This document shows, in pieces, positions 1 to 13,892 of a stretch of DNA of 64,000 nucleotides. Origin of the DNA: Octopus sinensis. Its lineage: Eukaryota. How positions within the stretch are numbered: position 1 is the stretch's first letter; the number at the start of each line of letters is the position of its first letter. The notes under the pieces were generated by a model. The model ran no database searches. It was not told the DNA's origin and saw nothing but the letters and a program-made list of their open reading frames with translations. The translations under genes and the position numbers were made by a program. The stretch covers positions 14,384,001 to 14,448,000 of the forward strand of contig NC_043021.1 in the NCBI RefSeq assembly GCF_006345805.1, read 5' to 3'.

Positions 1-99
1 TGGATCTTTGACCTAGTGGAACAGCTAAGATGTAACAACCAAAGGGATAGAGAGCTGCACCAGCACTGATCCACCACAAGGCCCAATCCTTATTGTTAT

Positions 100-400
100 G
101 TGCTGACCTGAGTGCCTTAATAACCCTGAGAGCTATATCAGTAGAGTGCAAACTCTTGGTAGTGCAAGCTCTTGGCCTCCCTGCTGGACAGGTCAAAGGA
201 TAGAGACCAGACTAGTATGGACCACCTCTTCCCAGATGTAAAAATGGGTCTGTATAGAGTCGACAACCCTGCCAAAAGAAAAAAAAGACCGGATTTACAG
301 AAGCTTTGATGACAATTGGAAACCAACAAGATCTGAAAGAGGAAGGCCTTCCTTCAAGGAAACGTATGATGTGGTGCAGCAGAATGTGAAAGAACAGGTC
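100..400 (+). mobile_element. Possible 5' end of an RTE-like LINE
   Basis: Resembles RTE 5' leaders and ends in gaatgtgaagaac, a decayed WNVRT endonuclease start; recognition only. Confidence 0.3.
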
Positions 401-1204
401 ACACCTTATGGAAACCAGCATCCTGCATTACACGTCATACCCTAACCTGGGACCCACGATGCAAGTAGAAGAGAGAATGGTACCCCAAAATAGCTGAAGG
501 TAGGATACAGTGACAGAGCTGAAAAAAGGCAGGGAGAAGATAAGAGAGGAGCAGAAAAGTCAGTTTAGATTTGAGAACAGAACAGCAGAGGAAAGCTTTC
601 TCTTAGGGAAACATGTGATAAGGTACAGCAAAATCTGAACGGACAGGCCACACCATATGGGAACCAGCATCCTGCTCTGACCTAGAACTCAGAAGAGAGA
701 GAGAAGAGAAAATAGCTGGCAGTAGGGTATTGAGGTAGAGCTGAAAAAGCAGGGATCTAATATGAGGGGTGCGGAAAAGACAGCCCAGAAAAGACGAGAA
801 TGCAAGAGAAAAGTCGTCGATGGCTCCGCAGTGTATTTTATTTATCGACCCAAAAATATTAGTTTCAAATTTTAGCACAAGGCCAGCAATTTCGGGGTGG
901 GAGGTGGGTAAGCCGATTACATCGACCCCAGTGCTCAACTGATACCTATTTTTATCGACCCCGAAAGGATGAAAAGCAAAGCTGACCTCGACAGAATTTG
1001 AACTCAGAACGTAAAGACGGACGAAATGTCGCTAAGCATTTTGCTCGGCGCGGTAACACTTCTGCCACCTCGCGACCTTATGAATCCCCGAAATATTAAA
1101 AGGTAAAGTTGGAGATTTGAACTCAGAGCGCACGAATAAATTCTGCCTATCCGATGCTCTGTTGATTCTGCCATTAACATTTTGTTAGTAATACATTACT
1201 CAAA

Positions 1205-1590
1205 ATCGTGGCACTTCGTCGGTTACGACGACAAGGGTTCCAGTTGATCCTATCAACGAAACAGCCTATTTGTGAAATTAGCGTGCAAGTGGCTGAGCAC
1301 TCCACAGACACGTGTGCCCTTAACGTAGTTCTCGGGGAGATTCAGCGTGACACAGAGTGTGACAAGGCTGGCCCTTTGCAATACAGGTACAACAGAAACA
1401 GGAAGAAAGAGTGAGAGAAAGTTGTGGTGAAAGAATACAGCAGGGTTCATCACCAACCCCTGATGGGGCCTCGTGGAGCTTTAGGTGTTTTCGCTCAATA
1501 AACACTCACAACGTTCGGTTTGGGAATCGAAACCGCGATCCTTCAACCGCGAGTCCACTGCCCTAGCCACTGGGCCATTGCGCATCCACA
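1205..1590 (-). mobile_element. tRNA-headed SINE family C (related copies at about 56570-56865 and 60088-60410)
   Basis: Minus-strand head tggcccagtggctaggg...ggtttcgattccc; shared body gcaagtggctgagcactccacagacac. Confidence 0.75.
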
Positions 1591-2679
1591 CAGTACTCAA
1601 TACCATTTAACTATCAGTGATATTATTACTGCATTAATTGAGGTGGCAAGCTGGCAGAAGCATCAGCACTTCAGCCAAAATGCTCGGCACCATTTTCGCT
1701 CCCCTCTGCGTTCTGAGTTCAAACGCCTTCGAGGTCGACTTTGCCTGTCATTCTTTCGGGGTCGATAAAATAAGTACTACTTGGACACTGGGGTCGATGT
1801 AATCGACTTACCCACTCCCCCGAAAATTGCTGGCCCAGAAAGTCCCACGGGCTGCAATTTGCCCATGACCGCTCTACTAGGTTGCTCGTTGTGCTAGAAA
1901 TAGCAGTCAAATGTTCTTCAAATCATGCCCAACCTTCTTAGACAAAGGTGCCTTTGATAATCTCGCCATGCATTCTCTCGTACACAGGGAAAAGATGGGA
2001 TGGTCACGAATGGAATGTCTGCCCAATTAGGTCTGACTTGTGACTAACAACAACAATTAATTATATACTGATTAATTGCAATTATATTCTGTCACCAATA
2101 AAAGCAACTCATATTCCGTTATAGAACGAAAGAGCGGTGCAGGATGAAGGGCGGTTGATGCGGTAAACCTTAAGTTTCTGTCACAAAACCTAAATTATGG
2201 AAGACAGGACTTAATTTTCTAACATTAAACCTAAATCGACCAACCCAAATAATTTTATTTATGTATTCATTTAAATATTTAGTTGTATTTAGGGGGTCAT
2301 TATGCCAATGTTAACACATGCTCTGGTTCAATTCAGTTCCTTGATTATTAGTTAATTGGTTGACTGTCCAATTAGCGAATCGACTGTTTGTTTAATTTGG
2401 TCAAACAGTAAGTCGCTTGTTTTGTTTTTCTTCGTCAAATCTCTTTCGTTGTTGCTTGCAACCTTTTCAATGACTTTTTAAACTTACGTCCGTTACAGAG
2501 ACCGCGTTTCAATAAAGGAGTGGAATTGAATCAGCAGGTGTGTTAACAATATTGGTGTGACGACTCTCCCGAGACACAACAAAACCTGTTTCAACACACG
2601 AATTCACATAAAGAATCTTGCAAACCAGATTATAAAAAAAAACAAACGAAGTTTATATTATTTCTCTTTCTCTTTTTTC

Positions 2680-3080
2680 TCTTTTACTTGTTTCAGTCAT
2701 TTGACTGCGGCCATGCTGGAGCACCGCCTTTTAATCGAGCAACTCGACCCCGGGACTTATTCTTTGTAAGCCCAGTACTTATTCTATCGGTCTCTTTTGC
2801 CGAACCGCTAAGTGACGGGGACATAAACACACCAGCATCGGTTGTCAAGCAATGCTAGGGGGACAAACACAGACACACAAACATACACGCAAACATACAT
2901 ATATACATACATATATACGACGGGCTTCTTTCAGTTTCCGTCTACCAAATCCACTCACAAGGCTTTGGTCGGCCCGAGGCTATAGTAGAAGACACTTGCC
3001 CAAGGTGCCACGCAGTGGGACTGAACCCGGAACCATGTGGTTGGTAAGCAAGCTACTTACCACACAGCCACTCCTGCGCC
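2680..3080 (-). mobile_element. tRNA-derived SINE family A, ~400 bp (representative; more than 15 copies, e.g. 8905+, 12380+, 32245-, 32840-, 47935-, 49715-, 52020-, 59678+)
   Basis: Head with A box tggctgtgtgg and B box ggttcagtcc, central TA/TG microsatellite, tail gactgaaacaagtaaaagag. Confidence 0.9.
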
Positions 3081-3499
3081 TACTTACCCCACAGCCACTC
3101 CTAACAAATGGTTATATAATCCTTGATGAAACTAGACAATAAAACAATGAAACTTCCTAGGGTTAATTCTGTGCGTATGTATGTGTGCAGATCTTTGACT
3201 GAATGGTGAGAGAAAGGAAGAGAGAGTCAATTCTTTAGACCTAGTTCAACCTTAATCGAGTAGCCATATGTTTCAAGACAGTTCATCCGTGACCATTCCA
3301 TCTTTTTACGTCTTTTTTTTTTTGATGTCTAGGGCTAGGATATAATGTATAATATGCATGATGCATCCTTTCTCTTGTTTTACACGGTAAGGTGAAATTT
3401 ATGAGAATCCAGCTGCTATTTCTAGGAAGCTGAGCGACCACATCTAAGTTCCTGTGTTCATGGGTGGCAGACCGGTTTAACACCACCACTTGTCTCTTA

Positions 3500-4001
3500 G
3501 TTTTCTACCTTCTTTCTTTTTGCCTTTTTCTTTTTCTTTTTTCTTATTTCGGCAACTGTACCCCTCCCCTTCTCTTTCTCCATTCCCCAACCTCACTTTG
3601 CACCTTGTATCTCTCTTCCCCTCTCTCTCATCACCTCTCTTTCTTTATCTTTCTTTCACATTCTCTTTCTCACTTTCTGTATTCCCATCTCTCTCTCTCT
3701 CTTCGTCTCTTTCAGTCTCTCTCTCTCTCTCTCCCTATTCGCCTCTCTTTCTCCACCTTTCTTTCACATTCTCTTTCTCTTCCCATCTCTCTCTTCGTCT
3801 CTCTCAGTTTCCATCTCTCTCTCTCTCACCACCTCTCTTTCTATATCTTTCTTTCACATTCTCTTTCTCACTCTCTGTATTCCCATCTCTCTCACTCTTC
3901 GTCTCTGTCAGTCTCTCTCTCTGTCTCTCTCTTTCTCTGTCAGTCTCTCTCTATATCTCTCTCTCTGTCAGTCTCTCTCTCTATATATATCTCTCTCTCT
4001 G

Positions 4002-4033
<32 letters not shown>

Positions 4034-4674
4034 TTCCTCTCAAGGTGTTAAGCTTGTCTCTTTCTCTCTCCTTCTATCTCTTTCGCTTTTCTCACTTTAC
4101 ACAAAAATGACTATTTCTGTTATTAGACTTGTCAATACTAAGTTTACGATTGTTGTTGCTGTTGCTGTTGCTGTACACGGTGATGAAAATAGGGATGGCA
4201 GAATGGCTGGGTGGATATAAGCGGTGGAGGAATCTAGTTAATTATCTTTTGACTCGATCAATCTTCTACTCTTCTCTCTTCTTCCTCATCCTTCTCCCCC
4301 CTCTCTCTCTCTCCTGTAATCTCCAACACATTTTTCTTCTATCTCTTCTTCCATCTTCCTTCCACTCTATCGCTTCTTTTTTTCCTTTCCTTTCTTTCTA
4401 TCAAAGGCGCCGACACTTTCCTTCTTTCTTTCTTTCTTTCTATCTTCCTTTCTTTCTGCATCTGTACTTTTCTCTTCTTTTTCTCAGTCTATTTTCATCG
4501 CATTCTTCTTCTTCTTCTTCTTCTTCTTCTTCTTCTTCTTCTTCTTCTCCGTTTCCACCACCACCACCACCACCACCACCATCATCATCATCAGCATCTT
4601 CATCATTATCATCATCATCATCATCGTCGTCGTCGTCGTCATTACCATGCAATTCTACCTAGTTATATCTCCTT

Positions 4675-4728
<54 letters not shown>

Positions 4729-5094
4729 GCACGCACGCACACACACACACACAGATATATACACACGCACGCACACACAAGTCAGAAACTGAGCCTTATT
4801 CACCACCACCGCCACCACCACCACCACCGCCACCACCGCCGCCGCCGCTGCTCTTACTCTACAATTCGTTCAGTTTCCAGACATACATTCACACACATAC
4901 ACACACACACACATACTCACACAAATACAATAAATAATAATTATTATTAATGTCTTTTTTCCTTCCTAATGTCTTTCTTAAACTTTAGATCTTTACTAAA
5001 TTTCGTCATGCGTGTATGCATGTATGTATGTGTCTGTGCGTGTGTATGTATGCATATATATATATAATTTTTTAATTGTTATATATATTATATA

Positions 5095-5149
<55 letters not shown>

Positions 5150-6240
5150 ATATATAATACTGTATGCATAACACACATACACACACACATATCTTGAATT
5201 ATGCAAGTGTTTCAAGAGAATTTTCAAAGGTACTACACACACACACACACACACACATACACACACACACATACACACATACATACACACCACACACACA
5301 CAGAGGGAGGGAAGGAGAAAGAAAGATCTTAGTGTATACGTATGTCTCTCTCTCTCTCTCTCTCTCTCCCAGTCTATGCATTTATATACCTCTACTTTTC
5401 TGTTCACCTGTATTCTCAGTACATTGGTGTACCTTCATATATTATTAGTTTCACCATTTACCTGGCTCTCTCCCTCTCTCTCTCTCTCTCTTCTTTCTCT
5501 TTATTCGACACATTATCACTTTCTTCTCTTCCTCTACGTTGTCTACATTCACCCTCCCCCCCTTTTCTGTATCTCTCTCTCTCTCTCTCTCTTACCTATC
5601 TCTCTGTATTTCATGTATTTTTAACTACGGGGTTTGTATGCTTATTTTTGTCTCTCTCTCTCCTCTTTCTCTATCTATGTATCCCTCTATCTTTCTCTTT
5701 GTATTACCCAATTTCACTCTTTCTCTATCTCTCTAATCTATATCTGTATATGTATGTGAAGAGAGAACGTGTATATGTATATATATATATATGTGTGTAT
5801 ATATACATACACACATACACACACGTTCTCTCTTCTCTCTGTCCATATTTGTATCGTTCATTCCATATTTCCTTGAAGCTCCCTCTCACCTTCTCTCTCT
5901 CTTTCTCTCCATATTTGTAACGTTCTCTTCGTATCACTCTCTCTAATTCTCACTTAATCATTCCTTCTCTCTCTCTCACTCTCTCTCATTCATTCAGCCT
6001 TTACCTCCCTTTCTCTTTATTTCATCCTTTTATCCCTCTCTCCTTTTCTTCCTTCCTATCTATTTCACTACTCCCTCCCTCTCTATATATTTCTCTTTCA
6101 GAAAGCCTTTTTTTTCCCTCTCACTCTCACTCTCCCTCTTTTCCTTTTTATTTTTTCTGCGTCTTGTCAGCTCCATATGGTTCTATTCCTCTCTCTCCCC
6201 TTCCTCTCACTACCACCAACCTACCACCACCTCTAAACAC
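3500..6240. repeat. Compound low-complexity region: (CT)n, (TCT)n, (CCA)n, (CA)n, (TA)n
   Basis: Directly visible; strong pyrimidine bias on the plus strand. Confidence 0.9.
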
Positions 6241-6295
6241 ACTACTCCTACCTTCGCCACCTCTCTTCTCGCCAGGCAAACCAAATGTGGTGCTA

Positions 6296-6346
6296 TTTGA
6301 TTGGTCGGTTCCGGTTCACATGACGTTACCAGTAGTGTGACGTCAA
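6296..6346. promoter_or_regulatory. Candidate proximal promoter/enhancer: CCAAT box, ETS, E-box/half-CRE, full CRE
   Basis: gattggtc (ATTGG 6300-6304), ttccgg 6309-6314, cacatgacgt 6317-6326 and TGACGTCA 6338-6345 in a short CpG-containing unique island. Confidence 0.5.
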
Positions 6347-9093
6347 TGATGTACCGCACAGCACTTGCTGCTATTTGTGGTGATTACCGTGATGTTGATG
6401 TTGCTAATGATGATGATGATGATGATGATGATGGTGATGATGGTGATGTCGGTGGGAGCGGAGGTCTGCTTGCTGTACGTCTTCTCCTTAGAGTAGAATG
6501 TCTGAACAGCACCAATACTAATAATATTAACAGTAATAATAATATGAAGAAGAATAACAGAAGATGCGAAAAGAATTGCCCATCACCTGGGAGCTGTCTA
6601 TGTGTGCTTATGTGTTCTATTTATATTCTTATATATTATTAGAGTGGTGAGGGTGATGGTGGTGGTGGTGGCGATAGTGAATATGCTACCAGTAGTGAAG
6701 ATGGTGGTGGCGGCGGTGATGGTAACGGTGATGATGGTAGCGGTGGTGGTGGTGGTAGCGGTGGTGGTGGTGGTGGTGGCGATGGCAGAATCGGTAGCGC
6801 ATCGACAAATTTAACTTGCGGTGTGATATTTAATTTCATCGTTCCTTCATGTTTAACGTTCCGAGTTCAGATCCCATTTAGGTCATATTTCTCTTATGAA
6901 GGAGACGATCCAGAAAAGTGTCGTATTTGACCGTATCTGGTTTCCAAGGTGTACTTTTACCCCCCACTGCACACCACCCTCCAAATGTCCCCCAAAATTC
7001 CGCCTGTGTCGGTTACTGGTTAAGGGCTAAGGGCTAAGAAAGGGGGTCTGCCATAAAGTCTTTCATATACTACATCTGAAGGAAAGTGGGGGGGGGCGGA
7101 AAATAAGGTGGGATGGACATGGCTGGAATCCTTTTGCATCATAGGTCTGCTGGTTCAAAGTTGATATAAGGAAAAGAAAAAAGAAACGTCCTTTCCTCCA
7201 TTATTATTCCACGTGCTAGAAACAGCAGCTAAATCTCCTTCAAATCGTCTTTAAAGAACAACGACAAAAGAAAAAAAAACAGTCACATTAGATAATATAA
7301 TCTCAGATACATTATGTCTGTGAAAGATAAAATAGTTTATAATGATTGTGGCCTCTGATCATAGTTCTGCCTATTAGATCAGCACTAGCCCGAGGATTAA
7401 CAACAGCAATGACAAAAAAAGTACCTCAAAGACTGCACTTCACGACCTTCAAAGCCTTGTTCTTACCTATATCCGAAACCTGGGCCTATTCTCAGCATGC
7501 CCCCCCCCCCTAATGACTGTTGGGTTGGGGAGAGGGCACTTAATCTGCGTAGTTAGAGTAATTCTGGGTTTATGCGGTTCCTTCAGTTCAATAGCTTTAC
7601 CTCCCTTGGACCTCATATAAAATTTTTAAAAAACAGTACAGTACCTATGACTTTCACAAATATTGTTTTTTCATGCCTGGGTAATGCACGGGTGTGGGGC
7701 TGAGTGATAAGAAATTTGCTTCACAATCACATGGTTCTGGGTTCAGTGTCTTCTACTATAGCTCTGTGCTGACTAAAGCCTTGTGAGTGGATTTTGCAGA
7801 CGGAAACTGAAAGAAGCCTGTCGTTTATATATATATATGAATGTCCCGTCCGTGTTTTTTGTATCGTCTTCTAAATGTTTTACGTTCTTGTCCCAGTTTA
7901 TATTTTTCTACAAATAATATATATATATTTATTTTATAGAAGGAGCTTCTAAATTAATTTACTCTGCTATGTATTGAGTACCTTATTTACTGTGGTTAAC
8001 CCCGACTCAACCCGGGACCTACATATAACATATAACATATATATATATATATATCTAAATTAGAAAAAAACCACCTTTTATCAATTCAAAATAAACAATT
8101 AAATTACACCATCTAGAAAATTACATATGATAGAAATATTAAAATTAAAATAACAATAATATACCGATGATTAAGTAAATTGCAAAAAAAAAAATAAAAA
8201 CGTATATATATTTGTTATTCTACCTAATATATGTTTTTATTATTTTTTTGTAATTTACTTAATCATCGGTATATTATTGTTATTTTAATTTTAACTTTTC
8301 TATTATATGTAATTTTCTAGATGGTGTAATTTAATTGTTCATTTTGAATTGATATAAGGTGGGGTTTTTTTCTAATGTTTTAATATAAATATTGTGTGAA
8401 ATTTGATTTAGTATTTTCTAAATTGAATTTTCCCCTGTAAGTTAGGATTAATGGACCTGGTTGGCTCTCTGCATGTTGACACCTCTGGGACCACAAATCT
8501 GGGATGACCCCGGGCCCCATCAAGCAAGAGCATAAAGCAAGAAGTAATGTATTTGTGTGTGTTTGCGTGCGTGCTGTTGTCTTCCTTCCTTGACTGCATG
8601 TGAATAAGTGTCACTGTCGTGCAAGCGGTGTCCTTCCTTTGTATCCAATCCTCTGCAATAAATAAATAAAATAAAATAAAACAGTGTCTGGTCATGGGGA
8701 AATATTTCCTTACTTGGAAACAGCTATGGATTGGTGATAGGAAGCTCATTTGTGTTAATATAGGCACAAGTGTGATTATGAGGTTAAGAAGTTTGCTTCC
8801 CAACCATGTGGCATTGGGTACAGAACCACTACATGGCACCTTGGATGAGAATTTTCAGAATCTTCAACTATCACGTTGAAAGCACCGGTTCTCGTCTGAT
8901 CATAGGTGCAGGAGTGGCTGTGTGGTAAGTAGCTTGCTTACCAGCCATATGGTTCGGGGTTCAGTCCCACTGTGTGGCACCTTGGGTAAGTGTCTTCTAC
9001 TATAGCCTCAGGCCGACCAAAGCCTTGTGAGTGGATTTGGTAGACAGAAACTAAAAGAAGCCCGTCGTATATATGTATTTGTATATATATTTG

Positions 9094-9124
<31 letters not shown>

Positions 9125-9772
9125 ATGTTTGTGTGTCTGTGTTTGTCCCCCCCACCAACATTGCTTGACAACTGATGCTGGTGTGTTTACGTCCCCGTAA
9201 CTTAGCGGTTCAGCAAAAGAGACCGATAGACTAAGCACTAGGTTTACAAAGACTAAATCCTGGGGTCGATTTGTTCGACTAAAGGCGGTGCTCCAGCATG
9301 GCCGCAGTCAAATGACTGAAACTAGTAAAATAATCGTGGGCAAATGTCTTTTACTATGGCCTCAGGCCAACCAAACCCTTGAGAGTGGATTTGGTAGATG
9401 AAACTGAAAGATGCCCGGGATATATATATATATATAAATATAAGAGAGTTACCGTTAAGTGGTTAACTCTAGTGCTAAAAATAGCTCCTTATTCTGGTAT
9501 TATTTCACCCTCATTTATGAGTGTATATATATATATATAGATAGATAGATAGATAGATATATGCATGTATGCATCTGTATGTGTCCCTCCACTATCGCTT
9601 GACAACCGATGTTGGTGTGTTTACGTCCCCCTAACTTAGCACTTCGGCAAAAGAGACCGATAGAATAAGTACTAGACATACAAAGAATAAGTCCTGGGGT
9701 CAATTTGCTCGACTAAAGGTGGTGCTCCAGCATGGCCACAGTCAAATAACTGAAACAAGTAAAAGAGTAAAA

Positions 9773-9813
<41 letters not shown>

Positions 9814-10315
9814 CCAGAGAGTAGAAATACTGAGGTTGGTGTCTGAGGGCGCAGCAAATCCACTTGGAATGAGAAACCCCTAATCTTTGTTAAGGCATCT
9901 CTCTAAAAGAGGGATAACTCCTGCTGTTCTAAAGAGCTGGATATCTTGCACTCTGCTTGTATCTGGTCTTCTTGATATTGCTAGTGAGAGTTGTGGTGTT
10001 GCACCAGCCACACTCAACTTAAAACTCTTGCAGGAGCATCACTGTCAACACCACCAGCATCACTCACACTCATCTAACAAGTAGACAGCCATTATATATA
10101 TATTTTTATTGTTTTGGTCGTTTGACTGAGGCCATGCTGGAGCACTGCCTTTAGTCAAACAAATCTTTGTAAGCCTAGTACTTATTCTATTGGTCTCTTT
10201 TACCGAAGTGCTAAGTTACAGGGACATAAACGCACCAACATCGGTTGTCAAGTGATAGTGGAAGGACACACACAGATGCATACATGCATATAACTATCTA
10301 TCTATCTATCTATAG

Positions 10316-10365
10316 CAAAAACTGTCTGACGAACGGCAACGAGAAACCCAGAGTAACAAGTTTTG
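10316..10365 (+). ncRNA. Minimal type I hammerhead ribozyme motif in a Penelope-like remnant (10315-10463)
   Basis: aaaactgt-CTGACGA-acggcaacga-GAAA-cccagag-TA-acaagtttt. Sister copies at 18200-18285 show the perfect stems acg-gcaa-cgt and ctc-a-gag. Confidence 0.6.
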
Positions 10366-10463
10366 TTGAATTTTCTGCTGCTTTAAATAAAGCATATTAC
10401 TCTACCACTGGTATTTGAGTACTCTTTTTTCCACCTTGTTTCACATTTATGTGTTTACTCCGG

Positions 10464-10501
<38 letters not shown>

Positions 10502-10889
10502 AAACACCAAAAAATAATAGGAATGACATTTTGGCAAATATAGTCACCGACGTATAAAAAGATGAGATGGTCATGGCTGGAAATGCCTTTCATCCTAAGT
10601 CTGCAGAATCAGGACTGATAAGAATGAGGTGTGGCAAAAACACAACAATATCGAGAGCTGGTTTATATGCCTGCCACCCACCAACAGCAATGAGCAGTAC
10701 CATTATGTTGTACCAATTTGACCGAGACATGTTCGGATATGTCTCTAGTACCTGTGCTGGGGAAATTGGAACTAATACTAATTATTGATTAATATTTGTT
10801 CTTATTATCGCTGCACATAAGTATATATTTCTAGTTTAGCTTTTTAACGCTCCTGTTGTTAAATAATATTAACACTATCTTACCAATCT

Positions 10890-11048
10890 TTCTGTCTATC
10901 CATCCATCCAACCATCCATCCATCCACCCATCCATCCACCCATCCATTCACCCATCCATCCATCCATCCGTCTGTCTGTCTGCCTATCCATCCATCCATC
11001 CATCCATCTACCTATCTATCTACCTATCTATCTATCTATCTATTTATA

Positions 11049-11122
<74 letters not shown>

Positions 11123-11515
11123 GTCCTCTTTCTCTCCTTTTACGATCCCTTTTGATCGAACCTCCCCCTTCCTTTTTTTTTTTTTTTTTTTTTTTTTTAA
11201 TACCTTCAAAAGAAAAGCTCTACCTTGTAATTTGTTCTATCTGTGTGCAGCCCTGTGTGGCTAATAAAGAAACATATCTATCTATCTGTCTGTCTGTCTG
11301 TCTGTCTATCCAGCCAGCCAGCCAGCCAGCCAGCCATCCATCATCCATCCATCCGTCTGTCTGTCTGTCTGTCCATCCATCCATCCATCTATCTATTTGT
11401 TTGTCTGCCTGTCTATCTATCTACCTATCGATCAATGTATCTGTCTGTCTGCTTATTTATCTATCTATCTGTCTGTCTGCCTGTCTCTCTGTCTCTCTCT
11501 CTGTTTGTCTGCCTG

Positions 11516-11558
<43 letters not shown>

Positions 11559-11616
11559 GTCTATCTATCTATAAGTCTGTCTGTCTGTCTGTCTGCCTGC
11601 CTACCTACCTACATAC

Positions 11617-11681
<65 letters not shown>

Positions 11682-11700
11682 CATGCAACCCATCCATCCA
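10890..11700. repeat. (CCAT)n/(CTAT)n/(CTGT)n tetranucleotide microsatellites
   Basis: Directly visible. Confidence 0.9.
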
Positions 11701-11825
11701 TTGGTGGCAGTGGCATACATTGCTTTCCAAATTGATCTTCTATATTGCAAATACCTCCAAGAAGGGCTTTACACAATCCTTAAACAATATTCTTGGTTTC
11801 TACTGTCAAGTTCATCAAGTTCATC

Positions 11826-11868
<43 letters not shown>

Positions 11869-12073
11869 CATCATCATTTAATGTCCGTTTTCCATGCTAG
11901 CATGGGTTGGACGGTTTGACTGGGGTCTGGTAAGCCATGGAGGCTGCACCAGGCTCTAGTCTGATTTGGCAGTGTTTCTACAGCTGGATGCCCTTCCCAA
12001 TGCTAAACACTCCGTGAGTGTAGTGGGTGTTTTTTACGTGCCTATAAATATATATATATATGATGATGATGAT

Positions 12074-12108
<35 letters not shown>

Positions 12109-12118
12109 ATGATGATGA

Positions 12119-12152
<34 letters not shown>

Positions 12153-12847
12153 ACTTCATCAGCTTACAGCCATTTCTGAAATAGTTGTAAGGTAATGAAA
12201 TTCTATAAGGTAATGAAGCTCATAAGATGATTGTACCAGATTTTCTTGTATATATCATCATCATCATCATTATCATCATCGTTTAACATCTGCCTTCCAT
12301 GCTTGCATGGGTATATATATATATATGTCTATATATATATATACACACACACATATATATATATATAATATATAAATATAGGCGCAAGAGTAGCTGTATG
12401 GTAAGTAGCTTGCATATCAACCACATGGTTTCGGGTTCAGTCCCACTGCATTGCACCTTGAGCAAATGTCTTCTACTATAGACTCAGGCTGACCAAAACC
12501 TTGTGAGTGGATTTGGTAGATGGAAGCTGGAGGAGGCCCGTCATATATATATATGTATATATACATATATATATACATGCGTGTGTGTATATATATATAA
12601 ATATATATATATATATACATACACACACACACATGTATATGTTTGTGTGTCTGTGTTTGTTCCCCCCCACCATTGCTTGACGATGTTGGTATGTTTATGT
12701 CCCTGTAACTTGGCAGTTCAACAAAAGAAACTGATAGAATAAGTACTGGGCTTACAAAGAATAAGCCCTGGGGTTGATTTGTTCACCAAAGGCAGTGCTC
12801 CAGCATGGCCACAGTCAAATGACTGAAACAAGTAAAAGAATAAAAGA

Positions 12848-12883
<36 letters not shown>

Positions 12884-12884
12884 T

Positions 12885-13310
12885 AGGTAGTCCATTGGTG
12901 TCTGATAATGGCAAAGTCTGTGTTCTCAGTGATGTGAGTGCATGTAACTCTGCAGACCAAAGCTGGAAGCACAACAGGTACCCACAGATGTCACAGCAAT
13001 AGTCTGTTGACTGGGTTGAGGCAGATGCTCCCATGTGGTGTCTTTCTCTTGCAGCATGAAGATGCTGTTGCCAGTCCTCTTCGAAGGCAGCTGCTACTTG
13101 TGAGGTGAGAGACCCCAATGATGATCTGTCTGTGGCAGAGGCTTCAAGTTTGCATAGTCGAATGCTGCTCCATTTGAGGTTACTTTTCAGAGTGTCCTTG
13201 TACCTTGGTTAAGGTCTTTCACTTTTGCATTAGCCCTGCGTGAGCTCACCCCACAACAACTGCCTGGGTACACGGTTGTCTGTCATTCTGATGATATGGC
13301 CAGAATTTTC
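12885..13310 (-). mobile_element. RTE LINE 3' fragment with C-terminal zinc finger
   Basis: HIIRMTDNRVPRQLLWGEL...RYKDTLKSNLK...CDICG, with stops. Confidence 0.75.
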
Positions 13311-13844
13311 AATTCGATTCAAATTCAACAAGCTACTCCGAATTCCTTATTAGAGTATTCACATAAATTGAGTGAGGAGAGGCTAGTTTGTGCTTACAGG
13401 AAAATATTACTTAAAAACATTAGTACATATTTGTTTTTATTAATAATAAGCAGAGTAACTCAAAGCCAGAGGGTTTCATTTGTAGGCACTTATCAAACAT
13501 GGTAACCATTGTCACCAGGATATAAATATAATCCACTAGATTTGAAACCATGTGTGTGTGTGTGTTTGTGTGAGACTATCATCACCATCGTTTAAGGTCT
13601 GTTTTCCATTCTGGCATGGGTTGGATGGATTGACTAAGGTCTGGAAAGCCAGCAGCTGCACCAGGCTCCAATCTGATCTGACAATGTTTCTACGGCTGGA
13701 TGCCCTTCCTAATGCCAACCACTCTGAGAGTGTAGTGGGTGCATTTTACATGCCACCAGCACAGGAGCCAGTCAGGCGGCCCTGGCATCAATCATGTTCG
13801 GATAGTGATATATGTGTGTGTGTGTATGTATATATGTATATGCA

Positions 13845-13892
<48 letters not shown>

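Noticed and set aside
1510-1590. Genuine tRNA gene
   Set aside because: The acceptor stem does not close and the sequence runs into a repeated SINE body.
2852-3142. Recurrent ORF family RRASFSFRLPNPLTRLWSARGYSRRHLPKVP
   Set aside because: Antisense translation of the non-coding SINE family A, not a gene family.
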